Positions 34,864-47,176 are shown, counted from the stretch's first letter. The stretch is 64,000 nt of DNA from Cyanophora paradoxa CCMP329 (GCA_004431415.1 QPMI01000524.1:186001-250000), one strand, 5' to 3'. Notes: generated from the sequence alone by a model not told the origin. Translations and numbers: made by a program.

Positions 34864-36945
34864 TTGTCTACAGCTTGCGCACCCCATGGCCAATCTCCCG
34901 CAGCTGGTGAGGCTTCCGCGACTCTTGTGCAAGCGGCCACTGAAAGCATCGCCCTTGTACATTTAGAGAACAGAGAATCGTCCGGACAGAAAGAAAGCCC
35001 TTCAGATCGTTCAGAAGCGAACGCAAAAACAGCAACACCGGTCCTCATGCCTCACTCCCAAACTTATTTCCAGCGCCCCAACGATGAGCAATCGTCTGGT
35101 AATGGTTTAATGAGATTCTTTTGCAGCTGTTGCAGATGGCTCAGCTATTACAGATGGTGATCAGCTCGATTCGATGACTACGCATGAGCAGGGCGAGATC
35201 GCAACACACACCTCAAGAAAGAGCGTTCCGTGTTTTTTGGAAAAAGGAAGCATGCAAATGCTCAGCAGCGCAGATCCGATTTCACTTCCTGGTGAGGCTT
35301 GCTGTAGATTGTTTCCAAATATGTTTGCTCAAGCATTGAACAGATGTTGTCACCACATCTTCACAAGTCGAGAGGTTTACTATATATGACTGTTTTGGTA
35401 TTTGCTCGTTCTGATCTCCATCTGCGGGGGGTCTCATTTGCCAGGCCAGGCAAAGAATTCGGGCCTAAAAGCAAGCGCAAGTGCTATCAAAGATCCAAGG
35501 CTGCATCCGCACCTAGTGACACCGACAGTGCACCTGCACAGAGCTCGTGCGAATCCTGTCCAGCTTTGCCTCGTCGCAAGAGGCAGAAGAGCTTGATGAG
35601 AAGTGAAGCCCCACCTGGAAAATGCGCACCTACACAGGGCAACACCGCTGCATGTGACGGTCCAGCTCTGCGTCGGCACAAGAGGCAGAGAAATTTTATG
35701 AGAAGTGGGCTTCCACTGGTAAGAGATGCACCTACGCATGGCAACACTGCTGCATGCGACGGTCCAGCTCTGTATCGACGCAAGAAGCACAAGAGCTTTA
35801 CAAAACGTGCACATGAGCATTGTGCCCAGTCTCAGCCAGGTGCTTACTCGTTTGCTTGATCAGAACGTGTCGAGCCTCCTGTTGTCAGGCCAGCCGAAGG
35901 TTCACTTCGTCATAAGGGCAACTTCATTCGGAGCTGGTACACGTTTCTTCAGAACTGCACGTATCGCAAGGCACGGCAATTGTCCTTGTATGACTGCTGG
36001 GATGAGGTAAAAAGTAAAAGACCTGGTGAGGACTGCATGTTCTTTTGGCCTGCATGTCTGCATGTGCATGCACTGAGAGCATTGCCCAGATGTGGATCTC
36101 CGTGGTGCTGTGCAGGGCATGGCTCGGCTTGCAGAGAGTGACACTGAGGCTGCCCCTGCACAGAGCGACACCGAGCTCGAGGCTGCACCCGCGCAGAGTG
36201 GCACCCAGACTGCATTCGCACGGAGCAAGGCCAATGCACACAAACGAAAGAGGCGCCTCACCTATTCAAAATGTGCATCGACTTTTGAGAATTCTAAGCC
36301 GATGCTGATTCGTTTGCTTGAGCAGGCGAGCCCCCTTCTGTCAGGCCAGAGCATGGTCCACTTAGTCATAAGGGCAACTTCATTCGGAGCTGGTACACGT
36401 TTCTTCTTGACTGCACCTACCGCAAAGCACGAGAAGTTCCCTTGAATGACTGCTGGGAGGCGGTGAAAAGAAGAAAACCTGGTGGGAGCTGCATTTTCTT
36501 TCTGCCTGCATGCACTGAAGGCATCAACCAGGTGTGGATCTCCGTGGAGATGTGCAGGGCATGACTATTATTGAGAACTACAGCTGCAGTGTGCTTGGCC
36601 CATTTCCGAACTATTCTTGGCCTCCTCTGGTCAGGCCAGCAAGAGGTCCACTTTCCGATAAGGAAGACTTCATTCGGGCGTGGTACACCTTCCTTCTCGA
36701 CTGTCCTCCTGAGGAAGCGAGATCTGTTCCGCTACAGCAATGCTCACACATCGTTTGCACAAGAAAACCTGGTGAGGACCACATGTGATTCCTTCTGTTG
36801 CCGCACGCTCTTAAAGAACCATTTGTTCAGATGTCGTACTCGAACCGCTGGAAGACCAGCACAGCGACCGCAGCAAGACTCCCTGTCTACATCTGAAGCT
36901 GCAGCCATCCATGGACGACGAATCCGAAGCTCCAGCCGTCCATGA
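34864..36945 (+). CDS. Probable multi-exon gene with basic repeats and three copies of a ~45-aa Cys/Trp module; boundaries uncertain
   Basis: EPPVVRPAEGSLRHKGNFIRSWYTFLQNCTYRKARQLSLYDCWDE (35872-36006), EPPSVRPEHGPLSHKGNFIRSWYTFLLDCTYRKAREVPLNDCWEA (36328-36462) and WPPLVRPARGPLSDKEDFIRAWYTFLLDCPPEEARSVPLQQC (~36618-36745). Confidence 0.45.
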
Positions 36946-37040
36946 CAGTGCTAGCCGCCTTTTTGTGTTCGCTTCGATAGCACTAAATCACTGACTCTAG
37001 CTAGGGCAGCGGGGCCGTGGGTGCACGGGACTATGGGTGG

Positions 37041-39223
37041 CAACTCGGCGACGGGCGGCGGGGCGCTAGATCTAGAGGCCTAGCTAGGGGTCGTCAGGAG
37101 GCTGGAAGCCCGGGGGGACGCGCCACTGGAACCTTCCTCCCCCCCCCCCCCTCCCCCCCCGCGACCGCGGCCGCCCGACCCGGCCCTCCCCCGCCCTCCC
37201 TCACCACCCCGGCCCACGCTCGCCCGTTCCGAACCCCTCCGCTCCCTCCCTTCCAGCCCAACGCCTTCCCAATCCTCTGAGCCTGGCGGCTCTACCAGGC
37301 CCGCTCCCAGACGAGCACGCCCCCATGCACCCCCGAGCCCGCCGCGCCGGCGACACGGCGGGCCGTACTTTAGCGTATAAAGAGTGGCTTAGGTTACAGA
37401 GCGCCTTCTCGGAGGCCATAGCTATAGCTTGCTAGGAATAGTCACAGTTAACGTTGCAGTCTTCTCGCCATCCGCTTGTACTTGTTAGACTTTGCTCTCC
37501 CTCTCGTTTGGGTAGTAACTCCCTCCTCGCGTCACGGCGTAGGACCTCCCTTGTACTGCAGCACTACTAGGCTAGACCTAGCCCCGGGGTAGCCTTTCCA
37601 GTTATTTCCACATCTGAGCTCCACCCGGTCCGATGTCCGAAAGGCTTATGCTTAGTCCCGTAGGTTCATCTCTCGACGTCGACTTGACACAGATGGACAT
37701 CCGGCTTGCGATAATCGGTTCGGGGGCTGCAGCTTGTTCCGGGCGAGCGCACGCGTCACATAGGAAGGAATGTATACATATACCGGGGCTCGCGCTCGAG
37801 CGCAGCACATTGCGGCCATACTGCAGCTATAGCTAGCGCTGGATCCGGAGCGCAGCCTATACGTGTACCTAACCGCAGTCTAGATATCGATGCTGACACA
37901 AAAAATGAAACAGGTCTAACATTTACCGCAGTGTAAATGCTGCCACAAATTAAAAAGTGAATGGAACACATAAAGGTAGCGTAAGCTAGCATGCGCAGCG
38001 ATTGCTACTTTAGGTGGAAAACTCTTTGAAACTTTGAAAGCTTTTTGACCCGATCATGAATTCGAAACTACAGCTAACACATGAAATATCATTGATATCG
38101 AATGATATCATGAATTCAAAGCTACATATGCATATCTTGCTGGGCGGGGCACATGCGCTTTAGGTGCGCCGCCCATCTCAAGAACAAAAAGAGATTAAAA
38201 CAGAAAGACATTCGAATATAGATAGATATAAGTACCGCAGTAGGACAGATAGACTGCGCTGCGCGCCCCTAACTCTGCACCACCAGATCAGGCTAGAGAG
38301 AGACCTGCAGCCTTCGCCGGAGTAGAGGCGTAGCTAGCTATAGCTAGTGCTGTTGTACTATTCTTGATTGCCAGCTCTGCCAGCTCTGCATCTGCAGCAC
38401 CTGCGCGTGATTCGACACCTCGTGCGTGATATGGACCCGTACTTGGCGGCCTGAAGCGCCATAATTGATATCATGATCATGGTCTAGCTAGCTATAGCCC
38501 CATGATCATAATGATCATGGTTTTGCTATAGTAACCAGCGGAACCAGCGGAACCAGCGGAAACACCACTGGGCCACAGAATTCGAAGATGTGGCTGCCTG
38601 TTGTTCCATCACCACGGCGACCGCGGCTATATCTTGCACCGGATCCGGACGTCGACGACGCAACTCGGCGACGGGCGGCGCCGGCTGGGCGCTAGAGGCC
38701 GCCGGGCCGGGCCTAGCTAGGGCGGCGCGCATTGGGAGGGCCGGCTCGCGATAATCGGATCGGGGGCTGCAGCTGGTTCCGGGCGAGCGCACGCGTCCGA
38801 CGGTCACATAGGAAGGAATGTATACATATACCGGGGCTCGCGCTCGAGCGCAGCACATTGCGGCCATACCGCAGCTTTAGCTAGCGCTGGAGCGCAGCCT
38901 ATACCTAACCGCAGTCTAGATATCGATGCTGACACAAAAAATGAAACAGGTCTAACATTTACCGCAGTCTAAATGCTGCCACAAAAAGTGAATGGAACAC
39001 ATAAAGGTAGCGTAAGCTAGCATGCGCAGCGATTGCTACTTTAGGTGGAAAACTCTTTGAAACTTTGAAAGCTTTTTGACCCGATCATGAATTCGAAACT
39101 ACAGCTAACACATGAACCATCACTGATATCGAATGCCGATATCATGAATTCAAAGCTACATATGCATATCTTGCTGGGCGGGGCACATGCGCTAAAGGTG
39201 CGCCGCCCATTTCAAAAACAAAA
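37041..39223 (+). repeat. Two copies of a ~550-bp non-coding element (37041-38190, interrupted by a nested ~610-bp insert at ~37090-37700; and 38660-39223)
   Basis: 37705-38190 and 38747-39223 are nearly identical. Both start GCAACTCGGCGACGGGCGGC and end in a GGGCGG.GCAC..GTGC.CCGCCC hairpin followed by an A-rich tail. Confidence 0.85.
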
Positions 39224-39296
39224 ATTATCAGATGGTAGTAATATAGCTAGCTAGCTGTAGGATTTCCGACTTGCTGCTAGGCTTGCTGCACGCACC

Positions 39297-41755
39297 CTAG
39301 GCCAACAAAGCAGAGGTCGAGCGTGCGTTGGCATCTGCAGCTGCTGTTTGGAGCATCTTGCGAGACTTGCAGCGGCGCCGAAGAAGCAGGGATTTCAGGA
39401 CAGGGTGGCTCTTTGCAAGAGTGCTGAGAGAGTCATTAACCATGCGGAGATCGATGTCCATAGAGCCGGGGGTCCTGTTGGCATCCTTGAGCAGATGGTC
39501 AACCTTCTCAATCATCGCCTTAATGCTCAACTCCAGGGACCTCGTGGAAGTGGCCGTGGAGGCCGTCGTGGAGGACGCTGATGCTGACGTCGATAATACA
39601 GTTGCAGCCGCAACATCCACATGCATGGACTGTGCATTGAATTTCTTTGCACTGGTGCACACACAGTCATAGAGGTCGTGCTTCTCAAGAGCCAGAAAGC
39701 TTGCATCCACGTCGCTGTGGCCGCTGAATGGATTGGCGAGAAAATTGTCCACAAGGTCGGCACATGGGTTGGCGATGTGCTCGATGAAGTCCTCCCAAAT
39801 GAGTCGGAATTCGTAGGTTGCCTACAAACACGGGTATATTTATCAGCGCGAGGAGCATCTAGAACAGGTATATACATATATCATGAAATGTGTGTACCCG
39901 CACAAGGATGTTGAATGTGTTAATAAAGGCCTCAGCTGCCTTCATCCAGGAGGCATCTTCCCATGACTGCGTACATGCTTCCCACTGCAGGCCAAGAAAC
40001 AAACAGAAACGATAAGCAAAAAGATAAGCAAACAGGCATAAGAGCAGACACACATTATGAATTGTCATTGCTGTTTCCTTGCAGCCTCCATCTTCTCTGG
40101 TCTTCTTTTTAAGGTATGTCATGGCATCCCAGATCTTGGCACCAACCTCAATCACGCCATGCTTAGGCCTGTTGTAGTAGCCTGTCAAGATATTCGCAGA
40201 ACGGGACAGATGTGCTTTGGCTGTCACCATACGAACATACAAATGCTGCGTATGCAAATAAAACAGCGTTCGAGGGGATTGGAACACAGAAGCCAAATTT
40301 TTGAAACCTCTGACCTTCAAGAAGCAGCGATCCTTAGGATCCAGATCAGTGAACAGCTGTGGACCACTAGACTTGTCCACCACGAAAGAACCAATGTTAC
40401 GTGCAGAATAGACGTCGACCTTGACTGGCTCCAGTATCCACTGAGGGAGAATTCCGGCAAACATGTCGAAAGAATTCGATTTCTGATGCACGCCTTTCTC
40501 GGACTTCAGGCAGCGCCTTGAGAAGAGATAGCGATGGGGATGCCCTGCCGGGAAGATGGGAGCCAGTCGCAGGTTTCCGAGAAACGGTCCTGTAGCCTTC
40601 GGGATCCAGCCGTCAACACAATTTGTGAGCTTGGACGGAGCCCAATTCGTTTCGCCCAGCGTGCAATCAGAATTGTTTGCGATGACATACACTTGATTCC
40701 GTGGTTGCACTTGCACGGAAGGAGGAGGCGGAAGGTCATATTGCCAGGACCGAGAGCAAAAGGAAATCTGACGGCGACAATGTGTCTCAAGAGCCAAGTC
40801 GTCGGGAGCGGGTGAGCCCAAGCTGAACTGGCGATACCGAGTCGAAAACAGAGGAAACTTGTCGCAAGCCTTGCAGAATTCCCAATTCTTCCCGGAGTAT
40901 ACGAATAGCCACTTGCAGTCACGCCCATGTGTCTAAAAGCTCAAGCATGATGTGGGAGTTTTAGCTGGATATTGTTTGTTGATAATTTCTTTCAGGGTCC
41001 GTTGAAAGTTGGAGCACAAGGGCGCCTCGCAAGCCTCAGTGGCTTGATCGCGTAAGAAGAGCTTCTTGCAGTGCAAACCATGGGTTTCGATTGATTTGCA
41101 GCCGCTGAACATGAACTCCTCGTCATTGACGGGAGATCTAATGAAACACATATTCAAACGAGTGGAAACAGTATGGAAACAGTGACATGTGTACGTACTC
41201 ATTTCCATACGAATCCGGATCAGTCACACTGGAAGGCTTAGCCAGAACTGGAGTTCTGACAAACATCATTCTTGGTTAGCGTTGCAGAAACGCACACAAC
41301 GGAATAGTTCTCGCGCACTGATCTAAACCCGGCTTTGCATTGTCTAAATCCTCCAAATCCACAGTTACAGGGCCTTTGGCCGGAGTTCTGTGAAAATCAC
41401 TCTCGAGATCAGTAAGCGTCGCTGACGAGCGCGCGCTTTAAATCTGCACGCACTGATTCGAATCCGAATGTGCATTTTCAAAAGCCTCTCGATCCGAGGC
41501 AGGCAGCGGTCCGGGTCCGGATCCACCAAGGCTGGCGAGCGCGGTCGCGATCTTGGCGGCCGCGGGCGAACTCGAGGCGCCGTTGACAGGCTCATCCTCA
41601 TCATACTCGCGTAGAAGGGCGCTGCTCGTGATCGCCGGGCGCCGGTCTCCATCGTTGTTTGGATCGCTGGATGGGCGAACAGTGCGGGTAGCGTAAGCGC
41701 ACGCGCAAGAAGAATATAATTTTATAATCAGCTGCAGTAAGCAGAGCGTGCGCAC
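39297..41755 (-). CDS. Hypothetical multi-exon protein; exon structure uncertain
   Basis: Collinear minus-strand ORFs 41438-41755, 40933-41208, 39859-40821 and 39297-39752 with protein-like composition, separated by intron-sized gaps. Confidence 0.45.
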
Positions 41756-42062
41756 CCGATCTCCGGCTCGGAGGGACCGCCGGCAGTTTCACAACTGACG
41801 CTGCCGATTTCGGGCAGCGCTGGGGAGAGCACGCTCTCTCCGATAGGCGAGAGCACGTCGAAACGATCCTCGCCAGCCGGATCGACCAAGCCGACTCTGC
41901 GGAAGAACCCCAAAACCGCTGATAGCGCCATTGCTTTTGGCGCCAACTGCTTGTGTGAGAGTACCCCGGGAGAACTCAACCGGTGAGCCCGGAGTCAGCC
42001 GGGAGAGACCAGGGCGCAGTGCGGCCGCAATGCGGCCGCAGTGCGACCTCGTACGTTGTCCA

Positions 42063-43864
42063 ATGGACGGCGGCGGGGACAGCGAGACAGAGCAAGTGGG
42101 ATCAGAGCACCGCGTGACCGCGCGTGCGGGACCCTCAGCCTTGCATGAGACGGCTAGCTTGTCCGGAGCGGCACCGGGCGGCGCTAGCTTGTCCGGAGCG
42201 GCACCGGGCGGGCCTTGGACCTCAGCGGCAGGTGCCTGACCGCGTTCAGTGACGTGGCGCTAGCTGCCCGCGTTCAGAGGATGATGCTAACTGCGCCCCT
42301 CAGCGACGTCGACGCTCGAGGTGGACGCCCTGGGCGGGGCTGGCGCTGGACAGGTGCATTGCTCCTGCAAGACTCATTCGCGGGCCTTATGTCTTCGCGC
42401 GTTCGTGCGGGCGCAGGGGGCCAGCCCTACGTCTGCTGGAGAGTCGGGCTCGGACAGCGAGGACAGCGAGGGCGGATCTCCGTTCAGAGATTACGTCAGC
42501 GGCTCTCCAAGCATAGATTACGTGAGCGGTAACATTCTCATGCTTGTCGAGGCCTTGCCAATGTACACTCGGTGCGAGAACCCCGCATCCCTCGTTGCTC
42601 TTTCTGACTGCGGCGGCGGCTCAAGCGAGGCGAAAGATAAGGGTCGGATATGGAAGGACCGCATAGACAGGCAAGAGGAGCGCTATCTGGACGATGGATT
42701 GGAGGAGTGGCTTTTGGAAGACACCAAATGCCTCGGGGCGCTTTACTCGAAGCTTCACGATCGAAAGCAAGACCACATGTCTTCAATACAATCGTTGTGG
42801 TTCTACTGTCCGCAGTTAGATCGGAAACCTTTCAGCAGATATCTGTACGCAATCTTGGATCGTCTATACACGTGCGTTTCGTACAAAGGCGTCCTTGAAG
42901 GAGTGAGCAACTCTTTTAGCATGCTTTCGAAGTGGATGCTGGACGACCTGAAAATATGCATTGATGGTGGCTCTGAAGAGGTGCGGGCCTTGTTCGACGG
43001 TTGATCCGGGAGGAGCTCTTGGTTTGAAACATCCTTACGGAGCGCACAGAAGGCACAGACACAGAGCTCCTCTTGTACAGATGAAAGCATGATTGTGCAT
43101 CGCCTTATTGCAGCTATATCAGTTCCGGGTTATGAGTTCAACTGGGGTTGGTTCAACTCTATTCGCCCCACTGCCCTGGTTCAAAAGCTGATGCTGGTCT
43201 GTCCAGACTGTCCTAAACTCCATGAGCCCCGCCCTGTGTTCTTCGTCACTGGAGACATTCTCTCCGGTGAAGAACATGAGTGCCTCTCTAAGGAGGGCGA
43301 CACGCATCGAGTGATATGCGTCCGCAACTTTTCTCAGGTGCTCTGTGAGCGATCCTGCAGCTATCTCTGTTTACGATTGCCCCACTCTCGCAGCTCTTTG
43401 GAGCTCTGCAGCAGTCCCGCATGTTCTGCTCAATCCAGAAACTGGATGTGATGGCCGCTGTTGCTGATGAAGTGCTGCTCTTCTCCCGTGGCGTTCAGGC
43501 TGCTCGTGCATCCCGCATTGAGGGCTACATGCATATGAGTGGAAGGGACTGGATCTCCCCCGCGGTTCTTCTTGGTCTCTGGTCGTGGTTTTCAGATGAG
43601 ACCATGCTCGTGTGCAAGCTCGCTCGTGTTCAGGGGCGTGTTTGTCGAGCGACAGCCTTCTTCCCCATGCCTGCAGCCAATCCAGCCCGTGCTGCTCCAC
43701 CAGTACCACCAGAGCAACCCCCGTCCTCCCTGACCTTCTCTGGTCCTCCTGCCGAGCCCCCCGGACAACCCCCAGTTCCCTCTTTGACCAATCCTGCTGC
43801 CCGCGCCACACGCCCATACCGGCCTCCCGGGGGGCCAGTCTACTGCGCCCCGTCGCGCCCTTGA
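42063..43864 (+). CDS. Hypothetical multi-exon protein with a Pro-rich C-terminus
   Basis: ORFs 42321-43004, 43089-43451 and 43421-43864 can be joined by GTGC...AG introns. No family recognised. Confidence 0.5.
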
Positions 43865-44645
43865 TTTCTTGGGGCGGGTCACATCGTGGTTTGCTATGTG
43901 CCATGCCCTTTGCCAGCTTTTTCATGGTGGACAGCAGATTCTTCGGTTGTCTTGGTGATTTGTGGCTTCCCTGGATCTTTTGATCTCAGCGTTCTGTTGG
44001 TCTTCTCTTCTAGGTCGTCTTTATATCCAGCTGCAGGGCCTTTTCTAGTCTTCACTACGTACCTTCACTCTCAAAAAATAAAGTAACTTCACTCTTTGTC
44101 TCTGCGGAAAAGTAGCACTAGTACTTGTAAATAGGCTGCCTTCTAGTTCGGTCGCCGGCATCTTAGCATACATGTGTAATTCCGTGTGCAAGGTCTTACT
44201 AGCTGCCCGGCGGTCGGGTAAGGGTGCTGGACACCAATTAAATCCGACATTATCCTATCTTATTCAGTCTCGCCACTTCCCTCAATCTTGAATTCTCAGT
44301 CTCCTCAGTGCCAATATGCATAAATCTTTCATAGTTTTTATAACTTTATGCATATCTTTGCACTAACTTTATCCCAATCCTCAGTATCCCCTTGCATAAA
44401 TCTTTAACTTTCCCCCAAAGTTTCCCCCAAACTATGCATAACTTATCATAACTCTATGCATTCCTTTCATAGTAGTATAGCTAGCTCGTTTTCCCGCAAT
44501 GTACCCTCATTTAGTCCTATTTTTTGCATCGGGAACTTGCTCAATAGCATCGGGAACCTCTCGATAGCATCGGGAGCTTCACGATGCCATCGGGGATCGA
44601 TAGAAAAATAAGGTAGTGGACGCAATCGACCCCTCGCAAAATTTG

Positions 44646-45239
44646 ATGTCAACTTTTTATAAACACTGTCATCCTACGAAAATGCCTTTCACTGTTCAAT
44701 GCATCCCGTTGGCTGAAATGCCACCACTGATTCCCTATCCCATTGTGGGGCAACTTCCCGAACCTGAGACAAAGCAATGCAACCGCTGCAAGGAAACGAA
44801 GCCGGCTTGTGAGTTTGGAGAGAGGAAGCTGAAATCGGGGAACATTACTCTGCAAGCATATTGTGCCCCATGCTACAAAGTCGTTCAAGCCGAACACGTT
44901 TCTAAACGCACCTCAAAGCCAAAGCCTGAAATCGAATCTAAGACGTGCACCAATTGTGAAGAAACTAAGCCAATCTCAGAATTCCACACCAATGCTCATA
45001 CCGCGGATGGGTTCAACTCAGCATGCAAAGAGTGCAAGAATGATTATGCGAAAATGCATGCCGAATCAATGAAGATGTGCCCAAAGATTAACGTCGAATC
45101 TAAGGTCTGTTCAGCCTGCAAGATCGAAAAGCCTGCAAGTGATTATAATAAAAGAAGTACTGCCAAAGATGGTCTATATTCAAAATGTCGCAAGTGTTTC
45201 AATGAGACTCGCAAAAAGCACCCCAAGAACCAATACTAA
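44646..45239 (+). CDS. Triple zinc-ribbon protein (CxxCxxxKPxxEF..CxxC x3), nuclease-associated repeat type, with no catalytic domain seen
   Basis: CNRCKETKPACEF..YCAPC; CTNCEETKPISEF..ACKEC; CSACKIEKPASDY..KCRKC. First ATG at 44646. Confidence 0.8.
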   Translation: MSTFYKHCHPTKMPFTVQCIPLAEMPPLIPYPIVGQLPEPETKQCNRCKETKPACEFGERKLKSGNITLQAYCAPCYKVVQAEHVSKRTSKPKPEIESKTCTNCEETKPISEFHTNAHTADGFNSACKECKNDYAKMHAESMKMCPKINVESKVCSACKIEKPASDYNKRSTAKDGLYSKCRKCFNETRKKHPKNQY

Positions 45240-45433
45240 TTTTCGAGGCTGATGTTCCCTATTTTTTGTGCATCGTGATCGGCGATGCCATCGAGAAAAG
45301 TACATATGTACATATTCGAAAAATAAGGTGGTGGACACCGATACACCCATTGGAGAGAAAAGCCCCGCCCACTATGCAAGATACATGCAAACAACATGCG
45401 TCACAGCAAAATAAAGAACCCTTCTCCTCCAAT

Positions 45434-46279
45434 TTATGGTAGGGGATCGCTACCACCGATCGGATTGTATAAATTTGTTGTCAGGTATTGACCATATCTG
45501 TTAGCCGTTGCAATTGCATCGTTTCTTTCGGCATACATAATGACTGTGAATGTTCCTTGTTGTGTAGCCCGAATTATGTACTCATTATCTTGCGTATCCA
45601 AGAGAGGCAAGGAATGGAAAGCAAGACCGAAATTATCAACTGGGACTATTTGAACAGTAATACGTGGTCTTGATCCATCGGTTCTTCTACATAATGCGTA
45701 AATATCGGCAGGGAGCGTTTCAGTGTACCTATAATGATTTCCCAAAGGTTCTAATACATCCATAACAGCAGTTTGAAGGTTTATAATAATTGTATTAATT
45801 TTAATGATGTAAGGTTCATTCATACCTGGGCAATATGTCCTAATACGTGTGTTCTCATCATCGGGATTTGGTTGATCATTAACCAATAGAGGCGCTCCAA
45901 TGATACCACCCACTCTTAGACCATCACCAATGTAAGCGCCTCCCGATCTACATTTAATCGCTCCGTTTCTCGATTCATAAGCAAAGTTAGTAACCTTGTT
46001 ATCATCGTTATAACTGTCGGGATCTCCATAAAAAGCGTTAAAGTTTGCATTTGTAACAAGAAGTTTCGTAGTTTTCACGATTCCGTTATTTTTGTCACAT
46101 CTTAACTCTTTCAGTCGCAATTTATGCGTATCACCAAAAGTATTAAGAGTAGGTGCAAGTTCGGTAGATTCGAGACCATCGACATTATCGATAACAGCGT
46201 GTTGTAACACGTGATTAGCCGGCGCGGCTAATGAAAGTTGCGCTGTTAAGATACGCTCAGGTGGAGCGGGTGCCGCCAT
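45434..46279 (-). CDS. Putative virion fibre/spike protein, paralogue 4 (shared N-module + beta-rich head)
   Basis: LRLKELRCDKNNGIVKTTKLLVTN..SGGAYIGDG is shared with three neighbours. C-terminal ETLP..ITVQIVPV..GTFTVIMYAERND. Confidence 0.65.
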   Translation of the reverse strand: MAAPAPPERILTAQLSLAAPANHVLQHAVIDNVDGLESTELAPTLNTFGDTHKLRLKELRCDKNNGIVKTTKLLVTNANFNAFYGDPDSYNDDNKVTNFAYESRNGAIKCRSGGAYIGDGLRVGGIIGAPLLVNDQPNPDDENTRIRTYCPGMNEPYIIKINTIIINLQTAVMDVLEPLGNHYRYTETLPADIYALCRRTDGSRPRITVQIVPVDNFGLAFHSLPLLDTQDNEYIIRATQQGTFTVIMYAERNDAIATANRYGQYLTTNLYNPIGGSDPLP

Positions 46280-46298
46280 TTAATATATTAAAACATAA

Positions 46299-47141
46299 TT
46301 ATGGTGTGGGATCACCTGGGAACGGATCATCGTAGAAGTTATTTAGGTTGTTATCGGGATTGAGACCACGTGTAGCCGCCACAGCCGCTGGATCTGTTCG
46401 CATTCCGAAAATGAGAATATCATAACCTCCTACTTCTGTCGTCCAAACATTAAACGTAGCGGGGTTCTGGTTGTCGAATTCCACCCAACCTCTACCGCGT
46501 CCGATTCCCTGAACAAAGAAAGTATAAGCTGGTCCGATAATACCATTTTGTGAGCGACATATGGAAGCAATAGATTTAGGAATAGCAATATTTGGTAATA
46601 ACCAATTTCCCATAATTCCATCGGGTTGTGTTGCATTTACGTTATCTACCCCAACTCTGACCATTCCAAACACGTAAGGATAGTCTCCACATGGAGTGTA
46701 CATACGGATACGTTGCGGATTGTCCGCATTCTCAGGTAGAGTATCGGGAATATCGGTGACAGCAACGGAGGATGCAAGCATACCCGACACACGACAACCG
46801 CCACCAATAACAGCGCCTCCCGATCGGACAACAGCGGCGGCACGTTCTCCGTCAAAATCTAACGTTCTAATATCCACACCCCATGCGTCAGGTTGCCCAA
46901 TACCCGCGTTAAAATTCGCATTTGTTACAAGAAGCTGAGTAGTTTTAACCACTCCTGAATTCTTGTCGGCGCGTAGTTCTTTCACACGTATCATACTGTT
47001 TTTATCGAATGCATTCGTGGAATTAGCGCGTTCCGTAGATTCCACACCTCGGATTTCGTCGGCTACCTCATGTTGTCGAAAGTGAACCGCGGGTGATCCC
47101 AAAGCATAAACAGGTAATTGCACACGATTGTATTCGCCCAT
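46299..47141 (-). CDS. Putative virion fibre/spike protein, paralogue 3
   Basis: IRVKELRADKNSGVVKTTQLLVTN..SGGAVIGGG. C-terminal IAIP..YTFFVQGIG..FNV..GGYDILIFGMRTD is similar to paralogue 4. Likely ATG at 47141. Confidence 0.65.
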   Translation of the reverse strand: MGEYNRVQLPVYALGSPAVHFRQHEVADEIRGVESTERANSTNAFDKNSMIRVKELRADKNSGVVKTTQLLVTNANFNAGIGQPDAWGVDIRTLDFDGERAAAVVRSGGAVIGGGCRVSGMLASSVAVTDIPDTLPENADNPQRIRMYTPCGDYPYVFGMVRVGVDNVNATQPDGIMGNWLLPNIAIPKSIASICRSQNGIIGPAYTFFVQGIGRGRGWVEFDNQNPATFNVWTTEVGGYDILIFGMRTDPAAVAATRGLNPDNNLNNFYDDPFPGDPTP

Positions 47142-47176
47142 TGCTTCTTTTACTAAGAAGGAAAGAAAAATAATGT

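Noticed and set aside
7640-37160. Long G/C homopolymer tracts (e.g. 7640, 17574, 21825, 22409, 26865) as functional G-quadruplex signals
   Set aside because: Several fall in introns or repeat edges, and their lengths are unreliable in long-read assemblies; there is no independent support.
7349-37699. Inverted ~75-bp copies as TIRs of a 30-kb transposon
   Set aside because: The left copy sits inside its own TSD-flanked insert and the right copy is nested in another repeat; better explained as dispersed copies.
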